From a virus, in the IMG/VR virus record IMGVR_UViG_3300036770_008442, positions 1-64,000 of that record: 64,000 bases of DNA. One strand, 5' to 3'. This document shows, piece by piece, positions 16,972 through 25,336 of the stretch. Under the pieces are notes generated by a model, which was not told where the DNA came from, ran no database searches, and saw nothing but the letters and a program-made list of their open reading frames with translations. The translations under genes were made by a program, and so were the position numbers. Every line of letters starts with the position of its first letter. Position 1 is the first letter of the stretch.

Positions 16972-17620
16972 GACCTAAAAACAAACAGATCCAGGTTGCG
17001 TCAATAATATCATCAATCGGTTTATTGATATTTCTCTTAGGGGTAATCCAAGAATCCTGGTGATCCTTGAGTGCATTAGTGAATGTGTGAAGATTAGTTT
17101 CGGGTAATTGCATTTCCATTATCCTATGATAAAGCTCATCTTTCTTAGCGTTACCTTTGAGAGCAAATTTTTTAACAGAGGTTGGGGAAAACACATAGAA
17201 TCTTTCTGGTCCTGAAAAATCCATAATTTTTTTCCGGAGTAAAGCGGTGGCCATGGAGATATCAATCAGGGCATTGCCATTGGAAGCAAAACTAAGACCC
17301 TCGATAGCTACATAAACTTCATCTCCAGGCAAACAATGTTTTTCAATAGAGGACCAGAAATGATCTACAAGCTCCATAAAATAAACGATCTTAATTCTTT
17401 CTTTCTCTGAATACTCCTCGGGAATACTCTTTTTTTCCAGGAAAGACAAGAAAAATTCCTTCATACCATCGAGAACGAAAAAGGGTTTATCCTTGGATTT
17501 TTTGAGAGAATTTTCATTTCGATCTGACCGGGTGAGAGATCCCCAAATAAAATTATTCTCTCTTCTGATACAAAAAGCAGGGGAATTGAGGGAAAAATCG
17601 ATCCCAATTAAAACTTTCAC
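16949..17620 (-). CDS. RuvC-like Holliday junction resolvase
   Basis: IGIDFS, IEGLSF, PTSVKK, DDIIDA RNase H-fold acidic motifs. Confidence 0.75.
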   Translation of the reverse strand: MKVLIGIDFSLNSPAFCIRRENNFIWGSLTRSDRNENSLKKSKDKPFFVLDGMKEFFLSFLEKKSIPEEYSEKERIKIVYFMELVDHFWSSIEKHCLPGDEVYVAIEGLSFASNGNALIDISMATALLRKKIMDFSGPERFYVFSPTSVKKFALKGNAKKDELYHRIMEMQLPETNLHTFTNALKDHQDSWITPKRNINKPIDDIIDATWICLFLGHEIEPKN

Positions 17621-17647
17621 TATTTACAGGTTTATAGAATTACCTTC

Positions 17648-17655
17648 TATATATC
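17648..17655 (-). promoter_or_regulatory. GATATATA putative late-promoter element
   Basis: Exact motif immediately after a terminator, upstream of 17620. Confidence 0.55.
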
Positions 17656-17658
17656 CAC

Positions 17659-17690
17659 AAAAAAAGACCCCGGAAAATTCCGGGGTCTTA
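17659..17690 (-). terminator. Intrinsic terminator
   Basis: Minus strand aagaccccggaa-tt-ttccggggtc followed by ttttttt. Confidence 0.85.
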
Positions 17691-17735
17691 AGACAATAAA
17701 ATAATAAGACAAAAAACACAAGAACCAAGAATAAA

Positions 17736-17981
17736 TTATATTGAAGGCTTTACATTCTCACCTTTTTTTCCAGTGTAATTATAGACATTGATGAGCTTGT
17801 TGTAGCAATCTTTCATTTGTGCGTCCGTGAGACAATTGACTATGTCATTCAGAACTCTTTGATCGTTCCCAGAAGCAGCTACCAAAAGATCCTTCATATG
17901 GACCTTGAGGTCATTCTCCCCATACATGGGTTGTCCATATTTCATCTCATTGATCTTAGTTAATTCCGAAAATTTCTTCAT
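17736..17981 (-). CDS. Small protein, putative abundant head protein
   Basis: MKKFSELTKINE-M N-terminus; own GATATATA (17999-18006) and own terminator. Confidence 0.75.
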   Translation of the reverse strand: MKKFSELTKINEMKYGQPMYGENDLKVHMKDLLVAASGNDQRVLNDIVNCLTDAQMKDCYNKLINVYNYTGKKGENVKPSI

Positions 17982-17998
17982 TTCTCAATTTTTCTTTT

Positions 17999-18006
17999 TA
18001 TATATC
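17999..18006 (-). promoter_or_regulatory. GATATATA putative late-promoter element
   Basis: Exact motif 18 nt upstream of ATG 17981. Confidence 0.55.
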
Positions 18007-18565
18007 ATTTCTGTTTTCTGATTTCTAGATCTATGTCAAGATAGTTACATCTGAATCCAACGCTAAAGGTGTAAACACTGGGTGCATTTTGTGTGTAATT
18101 GAGAGATAAATTTGAAACGGAGGTCAGGGTAACCTCTTTAAAAATTACGCTGGTCACTACATTACCTTCGTTATCCAAAATTCTCAAAGGAAGATTCGGA
18201 AGAAACACTTGGGGATTTTTAAAATTAAGCTTATCCAAAATAGTCTCCAGAACAATAAAATAATTTATAAATCCCTCTGACATTCTAAATACGACCTCAA
18301 AATCCTTACTAAAAAGATCTTGAACTGGTGTTGCACTTTGATAATTAATCTTTTTGCCAAGATTCCGGGTCTGCTCCACTAGGTCAATAGACATGGTAGG
18401 AAATCCAATCGACTGGATTGAGCTATTGATATATGAAGTGATAGTATCGTATGGAGTGGGCTGTTTTTTTACATAGTCGATGTATTTCTCCTGAATTTTT
18501 TCAGGAAAAAATCCCTTCGGAAAAACAAAATAAAAACTATTGGCTCTGGCATTAAGCATACTCAT
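18005..18565 (-). CDS. Tail tube/tail-completion (gp19/gp3 fold)-like protein
   Basis: 186 aa; SIQSIGFP...LRILDNEGN...LSLNY...FSVGF pattern typical of tube-fold proteins. Confidence 0.55.
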   Translation of the reverse strand: MSMLNARANSFYFVFPKGFFPEKIQEKYIDYVKKQPTPYDTITSYINSSIQSIGFPTMSIDLVEQTRNLGKKINYQSATPVQDLFSKDFEVVFRMSEGFINYFIVLETILDKLNFKNPQVFLPNLPLRILDNEGNVVTSVIFKEVTLTSVSNLSLNYTQNAPSVYTFSVGFRCNYLDIDLEIRKQK

Positions 18566-18582
18566 GATGGATATTTCTTATT

Positions 18583-21015
18583 TTAAATTGTTCTTCTGGG
18601 TATTGGAGGAATGTTCGGAGATCCGCTATCACTACCAGACTGATTAGCATTCGAACCCATGTTTGCTCCATCCCCGCCGTTTGTTCTTCCTCCTCTGGTA
18701 TCGCCATAATAATTCAATAACAAGAGATCTCCTCTACTGAAAATTCCAGTTACAGCTTGCGTAAATATCTCTTTGGTGATTCCAGAATATAGTTTGTATC
18801 CAGCAGAAGATGGATCTAAGAAATAAGATAATATCTCGGGGGTATTCCACCCTAATTGGATTTTACCCTGAACATCAGAGGCAATAGCAGACTTTAACTC
18901 GACGGGAGAAATCTTCATTTCGGTGATCGTCTGGGTAGGTCTGGGAATTCCAGATGTTCCTGCTGAAGCTCCTCTGGGGGCTTTCACAGATTGCCAAGAA
19001 CTTCTGCCCACTTTAGAAATAACTGGTTTGGTTTCGGGCTGTACGGGTACCACCGAAACCTGAGCGCTAATAGCTGGGGTTTGTTCAGGTACTAATTCAT
19101 CTTCTTTCAGCCAATTTCCCCAATACAGCACAGAAAAAGAATTTCCACCGACATTTGCAGTATTGACAGCTTTTGAAACTGGAGAAGTTCTTTTAGCTTG
19201 GATTTGAATATCTTTAGCAGTATCCTTTAAACTAATTGATTTTTGAGCCAGCCTTTCCTTGATACTTGAAATCTTAGAAACTGGATTTATAGATCCGGCT
19301 GAAGGATTTTCCTCCGGTGGTTTATTAGTTATGTAAAATTTTCTGTTTGTAAATTGCAGAATTTGATTCGAAAGAGATTCATCAACCTTAAAAGCCAACT
19401 CCCCCTTTGCCGGTTTAGATATATTTTGATCCGCAATAGAAGGAGCATAGACTTTGTTTCCTAGATTATCCACAAAAACAATATTATAAGAACCAGAAGA
19501 GGATAAATCGATTTCTTGGGTGGTCCCATCATTTCCTCTTTTGTAGAAAGAAAATTTATAGTAATTATCGAAGGGACTGATTTTTATATAAGCCTTCCCC
19601 ATCCCATAAGAAATAGCTACCTGACTAGTGGTATTTGCCTCTGTTAAGGATGTCCCGTTGAGTTCCAGATTAGTAACAGAAGTGTTGACAAGAGTTCTGT
19701 CTACAAAGACATTAAAAACCTTATTAATAACAACGGGGGAAATCTGATTTTGGGGAACCGTAATATTAGTCGGACCTGCTATTTTATTAAATATCTTTTG
19801 CTGTTGAGGTAAAACAGAAAGCTGAAGAGGAGTAATTGTGAGTCCATATCTACCAGGATCACTATCTGTATACGTGGCTATTCTGATAAGTCTGCTTTGA
19901 TCCTTGCTATTAACGAGAGTTACTGTGTACCGGAGAGAAAAACTAGTAGCAACATTTGAATATCTGACGATGGGCCTGAACAGATTTGGGACATCGTAAG
20001 CTGAGGTTTGGATACTAGTAAAATTAGAGGTTTCGAGCCAAGCTGCTCCAACCTGTTCCAAAACTTCTATTGAATGCTGAATGTAATAACTATTTCCAAT
20101 CGAGTTTTGGAAAAGAATAAAATCCTCAATAAAACCCCCGTTTTCTGTTGCAAAATACTCAAAGAAATCTCCAGTGTCTGCAGGGGCTATATAAGCTCCA
20201 ATCGTTTGAAAGGGGTCAGTTGGTTCCAGAGACAAAGAAGCTAAGACCTGAGTTCCGTAATTTTCATATCCATCCACTAAGCTGGTGCTGATAATGGAGT
20301 ATGCGGTAACTCTAATAGGGAAGTTTGCTAAATACCCCCTGCCGCTTTTAGAAGTCAATGCAGCTAGAGTTTGAGGCCGAGCCACAGAACTGACCGCATT
20401 GTACTTATTTATCATGTCAGATAAAGATGGGATCTTAATCTCAAAGTATTTGTCGTAGATATTAGATCCGATCGTAAGAGGGCTAGGATTTAGAGTATAG
20501 GATTGAGAACTTCCCTTTGATAGTTTAATCTGAGAGAAAGTAACAAAAGATCCATCCACATCCGGATATCCGATTGATAAAATTAGTCCATCAATATTAT
20601 CCAAATTATATCCTGCCAGAATGTGATAACGAACAGAATCATAAACAACATTTAGATTAGATGGGAAGACGATGGGTAAATTAGCAGTATCTGTTAATTC
20701 TGGACTAAAGTCATTATAAGGAACTATCAGATTCGGATTAAGAGTGATGAAATTACTCCCGTTAATTCGAACTACACTGTTATTAGATGTGTTTTGAGTT
20801 ACGTTAGCATCCTGGTCTCTATTAAATATTTGGGCGTCATTGCTGGGTTGACCGTTTGAATCCGTAAATATGCCATTGATAAGTTTATTGTACCCAACGC
20901 TTGGGAATCCAGTGTTTACAAAATATGTTTCAGGATCAGGAGGTCCTGCATACATGTATTCCATAACTAAATATGGAGCTAACTGAACGTATTTTGATGT
21001 GGTCGAAAAGGACAT
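18583..21015 (-). CDS. Putative virion structural protein
   Basis: 810 aa, beta-rich, within the structural block. Confidence 0.55.
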   Translation of the reverse strand: MSFSTTSKYVQLAPYLVMEYMYAGPPDPETYFVNTGFPSVGYNKLINGIFTDSNGQPSNDAQIFNRDQDANVTQNTSNNSVVRINGSNFITLNPNLIVPYNDFSPELTDTANLPIVFPSNLNVVYDSVRYHILAGYNLDNIDGLILSIGYPDVDGSFVTFSQIKLSKGSSQSYTLNPSPLTIGSNIYDKYFEIKIPSLSDMINKYNAVSSVARPQTLAALTSKSGRGYLANFPIRVTAYSIISTSLVDGYENYGTQVLASLSLEPTDPFQTIGAYIAPADTGDFFEYFATENGGFIEDFILFQNSIGNSYYIQHSIEVLEQVGAAWLETSNFTSIQTSAYDVPNLFRPIVRYSNVATSFSLRYTVTLVNSKDQSRLIRIATYTDSDPGRYGLTITPLQLSVLPQQQKIFNKIAGPTNITVPQNQISPVVINKVFNVFVDRTLVNTSVTNLELNGTSLTEANTTSQVAISYGMGKAYIKISPFDNYYKFSFYKRGNDGTTQEIDLSSSGSYNIVFVDNLGNKVYAPSIADQNISKPAKGELAFKVDESLSNQILQFTNRKFYITNKPPEENPSAGSINPVSKISSIKERLAQKSISLKDTAKDIQIQAKRTSPVSKAVNTANVGGNSFSVLYWGNWLKEDELVPEQTPAISAQVSVVPVQPETKPVISKVGRSSWQSVKAPRGASAGTSGIPRPTQTITEMKISPVELKSAIASDVQGKIQLGWNTPEILSYFLDPSSAGYKLYSGITKEIFTQAVTGIFSRGDLLLLNYYGDTRGGRTNGGDGANMGSNANQSGSDSGSPNIPPIPRRTI

Positions 21016-21025
21016 TATGTTCTAA

Positions 21026-21817
21026 TTATTTTCCAAATTGTGCCCATTTAGGTGAATATGATAATCCTAAACCCAAAAATGGACCAGGATAATATCCATT
21101 CTGATTAAAAACAATTCCATATCCCAGGGAAACCCCAAATCCGAAGGGCTTTCTGCTGTTTATGGATTGCTCCTTATCAGACGGGCTATCTATAATATCT
21201 ATTGATTCAATTTGACTAAAAGTTATCCCTGGGAAAGTGGTGGATGCTCTAATCTTGAGCTGATTTGTTTCGGGATCCCGATAAAGGCCGGTAACTAAAT
21301 CAATTTTTTGATCCAGAGTCAGAATAGCCCTACCTGGTAAAATCGTACTATCTGAAGTGAATGTATAAGGTATATCACCGCTAATTAAAAGTCTATTTGT
21401 ACCTGGTAATACAGGATTATAAGAAAATGTGATAAACGATGAATCACCTACGTGACGGTTAGAAGCTATAACGAAAATGTTGGTATCCCTATAAACGATC
21501 TCAGTCTCGATAATTACTTCAGGTTTCTTATTTTTCTCTAATTCTAGTCTTTTAATTAGATCCCTGTGATCATCCGATAATTCATTGTATCTTAATTCAT
21601 AAGCAGACTTTTGAGCTAAAACATTACCATATTTAGATTTAAGATGGGTTACCGAATCTTGGGAAGCTAAATAGTTCCTAAATTCTCTCTCGGCTTTTCT
21701 TTCCGCTTCTTCCGTTACCCCACACTGTCTGATCAACAAAAGAAAAACAAGAATCAAAGCTATCAATAAGAAAGCTTTATTCTCGAGTAATTCTAATATT
21801 GATTTAATTTGTTTCAT
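21026..21817 (-). CDS. Membrane-anchored coiled-coil protein, spanin-like lysis candidate
   Basis: N-terminal TM (FLLIALILVFLLLIRQC), coiled coil, C-terminal FGFGVSLGYG...GLGLSY beta-hairpin. Confidence 0.5.
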   Translation of the reverse strand: MKQIKSILELLENKAFLLIALILVFLLLIRQCGVTEEAERKAEREFRNYLASQDSVTHLKSKYGNVLAQKSAYELRYNELSDDHRDLIKRLELEKNKKPEVIIETEIVYRDTNIFVIASNRHVGDSSFITFSYNPVLPGTNRLLISGDIPYTFTSDSTILPGRAILTLDQKIDLVTGLYRDPETNQLKIRASTTFPGITFSQIESIDIIDSPSDKEQSINSRKPFGFGVSLGYGIVFNQNGYYPGPFLGLGLSYSPKWAQFGK

Positions 21818-22049
21818 ATTCTAGGGTAAATGGATTGAGCTTGCCCTGACCATATTTTTTCGACAGAGCATTCATAAACTCTGTTTCTTTATCTCTCAAA
21901 AGTTCTAATTCCTTGATTAGAGTTCCTGCTCTTAGATTCAAATTTTCTATCATCGATTGGACCTCTGATATCTCGCCTCTAATTTGAGCGAAATTAGACT
22001 TCATTCTATTTGCTTGGTCCATTTCTTTCTTGGTCAGTTTCTTTTGCAT
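21804..22049 (-). CDS. Small coiled-coil protein
   Basis: Likely start MQKKLT at 22049; ends LSKKYGQGKLNP. Confidence 0.65.
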   Translation of the reverse strand: MQKKLTKKEMDQANRMKSNFAQIRGEISEVQSMIENLNLRAGTLIKELELLRDKETEFMNALSKKYGQGKLNPFTLEYETN

Positions 22050-22078
22050 ATTTATCTTAGTTTTAAAAATTACCAGAA

Positions 22079-23767
22079 TTAGTCTCCTCCTGCTCCTCCC
22101 CCAGTTCCTACAATAACAGAGCTCCAATTAATCCATCCACAATCCAAATTAATTCCAGATGTCCCCGAATAGAAACTATATAAATAGTGTCTCCTTAAAA
22201 AATCTTCCCGCGAATTAAAGAAAGTCAGTCTGATCCATCGACATGAAGATTCAACAGTAGCCGAATTACCTCCGGGATCTGTGATTTCGTTGAAATTAAA
22301 TTGCCCACTACCACCTCCTCCTGTCGTTGGAATGGTTCTAATTCCACCAAATGCATAGGTGTTGCTATTCATTATAATATCAACCGTTCTTTCCTTCCCC
22401 TGCGATAAATTCAGCCAAGCGAAGCTTGAGCCAATAGAAATACAAACTCTATTGATCCTATTATTTGTTTTCACAGATCCAATAGTTCCTGTGGGGTTTA
22501 TAAGGATCACATCTTTTGATGGAGAAATAGAAACGAAATTGTTAGTAAATCCGCCATAACTAAAAGTTGAAGAAAAAGAACTATTAACAACTTCAACGGA
22601 TTTAACTAATTTACCCCCTGTAATTCCAACCGATGTACTGCTCACGGTACTATCCCCAGTGCCACCAATTTGCAAAAATCCCCTGTCTTCCAGACTTAAA
22701 GCTTGCAAATAATTACCATCATCAGAAGAGCATCTAAATACTCCGGCTGTTCCCGCTGAAGACTTGATTGCATTGACCTTGATACCATTTAAGGATGTAT
22801 TTAAATAAACGACTTCTGGGGTTTGAGGATCTACAAAACTATTCATTCTCACATATCCAAAAGTTCCAGAAGTTCCGTTTGGTCCAATAGAGGTTGGATT
22901 AGAAATCATCTGGGCTGAATCCAAGACCAGAGAAGAACTTAGGACATTAAAAACCCCGGGTGTTGAAATCGATATATTTCCAGTGGATCCTGCACTAGTG
23001 CCGGAATTAAAAGTTATATTGGCAGCAGAATTAGCGTAAAAATCTGTTCCTGCCTCAATCGTGTGGGTTCCCCCAGTCGATCCAAAAGAAGCAGCAGAAG
23101 AGATAATAGTGCTTTCTGATCCAACATCAAAAATTGTATTATAATTTGTTCCCAGAGGACTTTCAAAGTAAAATCCTGGCAAATTTTCCTGAGGAATAAA
23201 AGTCTTTGCCATTCCTAAAATGGGATTCGAAACTCCCATTGAAGAATCCACGGAAATCAACATTTTAGCAAGATTGGGATTGATGCTTCCAGTAAAACCT
23301 TCTGCATCGGATATAACTAAAGTGGTATCAGCCGGATTAGGAACGGGATCATTGATCACAACAACATTGTTTTCAGTTGATCCACCAGGACCAGAAGCTC
23401 CCGGTAGAACCTTGAAAACACCAGCTGTTAGCAGGCTTTCTCCCGAATCTACCCAAGATCCTGATGTGTATTCAAAAACCTGCTGAGCACCAGTTGGCCC
23501 TATATTGATCCAAATATCTCCATTTTGAGAAACGGACGCTTCGGGTTCATCGGGTTGAAAATACCATTCGGTAGCTCTATTTCCAGTTGCCCCTGGCTGT
23601 CCATCCCGACCCGCCTGACCTATGATACCGGTAGCTCCAATTTCCCCTATCTCGCCCCTCTCTCCAACTGCATGTGAAAGAATGTTATTAAAATTTCTGT
23701 TGGTCTTAGAAATAATAACATTTTTATCATCTCCGGGTAAAATGTAATCGTTATTGTATTTGGACAT
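22079..23767 (-). CDS. Tail fibre-like protein with short collagen-like (Gly-X-Y) segment
   Basis: GERGEIGEIGATGIIGQAGRDGQPGATGNR; GDIWIN repeat; paralogous to next gene. Confidence 0.7.
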   Translation of the reverse strand: MSKYNNDYILPGDDKNVIISKTNRNFNNILSHAVGERGEIGEIGATGIIGQAGRDGQPGATGNRATEWYFQPDEPEASVSQNGDIWINIGPTGAQQVFEYTSGSWVDSGESLLTAGVFKVLPGASGPGGSTENNVVVINDPVPNPADTTLVISDAEGFTGSINPNLAKMLISVDSSMGVSNPILGMAKTFIPQENLPGFYFESPLGTNYNTIFDVGSESTIISSAASFGSTGGTHTIEAGTDFYANSAANITFNSGTSAGSTGNISISTPGVFNVLSSSLVLDSAQMISNPTSIGPNGTSGTFGYVRMNSFVDPQTPEVVYLNTSLNGIKVNAIKSSAGTAGVFRCSSDDGNYLQALSLEDRGFLQIGGTGDSTVSSTSVGITGGKLVKSVEVVNSSFSSTFSYGGFTNNFVSISPSKDVILINPTGTIGSVKTNNRINRVCISIGSSFAWLNLSQGKERTVDIIMNSNTYAFGGIRTIPTTGGGGSGQFNFNEITDPGGNSATVESSCRWIRLTFFNSREDFLRRHYLYSFYSGTSGINLDCGWINWSSVIVGTGGGAGGD

Positions 23768-23777
23768 TTTTTATAGA

Positions 23778-25298
23778 TTAAAGGGATGATATTCTGCCAC
23801 AATCACCTTCACAGGTGGCATAATAGATTGAAAAATCATTGATACCCGATCCCTTAACAAGGATGACATCAACAGAAAGAGCTGCAGTACCAAAAGCTTC
23901 AATTGCTCCGGGACTGCCGACAGAGCTACCAATACTTAGGGCTGTAATTTTCTTGGTTCCATCAACACTGGATATTTTAATACAGATTGAGCTGTAATTA
24001 TCCAGATAACTTGTCCAAGATCCATAATTTGTTAGAGCACTCCCATAAGGGAACATAATAATTCTTTGGGAACCGGCTGCAGGGGTCAATTCAGTCAATA
24101 GGATATTTCCATTATTTAAAATATCATATCCGATTCTCCATACGTTATCTGTTCCTCCACCTCCTCCGTCACTAGTCCAAGCGTTTGCAGCCGTACCCAC
24201 GAAAGAGGTAAATCCATTAACCATTTGGACGACTTCCGTTCTTCCGTCCGCCCGAGCTCCGAATATTCTACTGCCTGAGGATTGAAAATCAGCTATATAA
24301 TAACTGCTCGAGTTGGATGTCGTATTTACTCTTAATCCTCCACCTCCCACTCCAGAAACAGGAGTGTAATTATTGTAGATATTGAGAGCAAAATTAGAAC
24401 TATTATTGTTTATAGTTAGGGGAACGGATAATTGAAATTTATTACTGCTCAGAACCGCTTTTGAAGATGTAAGGGTGAAAGCAGCATTTCCGCTTTTAGC
24501 ATTAACAGTAATGGAACTATTCGAGGTGAAAGACATATTTCCCCCTGCGGAAAAACTCATTGTTGAGTTTGAATAAAAACTTAGTGTTGATGATGTGCTT
24601 CTGATTAAAAGGTTTCCGCCAGATCTGATAGTTAATGTGTCCTGAGGAACCGTAAAGAGGAGGTTATAATTTGTTGAAGAAGGATTTAACCATCTAAATT
24701 GGGGATGTCTATTATAATCAATTGGAGATCCAACATTTAAGGCATTGGTTTTAGAAAATTCCAAAATCGGGTAGTCGCTAACAGAATTTGTTGAGATCAA
24801 TACCTTAGCATAGGTTGGATTCACTGTGCTAACGTTAGCTAAAGCATCACTTAAAACTAGGGTATTAATTTGGGGAAAAACAGAACTAAAGACAATAGCA
24901 TTTTTATTACCGACGGGACCTGATATTCCTTCTAAAGATTTAAAGACCTCCTCTGCTTGTAAATTTGAATTTGTGTTCACCCATCCTTCTGGACCGTATT
25001 GATAAATTGTATTTTCATTGAAAACATCCACCCAATAGTCACCAACTAAAATAGGATCATTTACTCCTCCCGTTGGGCCAGTAGCCTGGACAAACCATTT
25101 GGTTCCCCTAGTTCCTTGCTGACCCGGATCGCCCTTCGGGCCAGCAGGTCCAACTGGTCCCTGAGGACCATTCTGGCCCTTTGGACCCTTGGGACCTCCA
25201 CCATTAGAAACTATGGAATCAAAATTAGAATTTACCTTTCTAATTATATCTTCCTGAGAATCACCGGCATTGAGATTTAAGATGTTTAAGCTAGGCAT
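23778..25298 (-). CDS. Tail fibre-like protein with collagen-like segment
   Basis: GPKGPKGQNGPQGPVGPAGPKGDPGQQGTRG; GDYWVD. Confidence 0.72.
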   Translation of the reverse strand: MPSLNILNLNAGDSQEDIIRKVNSNFDSIVSNGGGPKGPKGQNGPQGPVGPAGPKGDPGQQGTRGTKWFVQATGPTGGVNDPILVGDYWVDVFNENTIYQYGPEGWVNTNSNLQAEEVFKSLEGISGPVGNKNAIVFSSVFPQINTLVLSDALANVSTVNPTYAKVLISTNSVSDYPILEFSKTNALNVGSPIDYNRHPQFRWLNPSSTNYNLLFTVPQDTLTIRSGGNLLIRSTSSTLSFYSNSTMSFSAGGNMSFTSNSSITVNAKSGNAAFTLTSSKAVLSSNKFQLSVPLTINNNSSNFALNIYNNYTPVSGVGGGGLRVNTTSNSSSYYIADFQSSGSRIFGARADGRTEVVQMVNGFTSFVGTAANAWTSDGGGGGTDNVWRIGYDILNNGNILLTELTPAAGSQRIIMFPYGSALTNYGSWTSYLDNYSSICIKISSVDGTKKITALSIGSSVGSPGAIEAFGTAALSVDVILVKGSGINDFSIYYATCEGDCGRISSL

Positions 25299-25336
25299 TT
25301 TTGAGGTCTTTATTTATATATTTCCAATTCTTTTTC

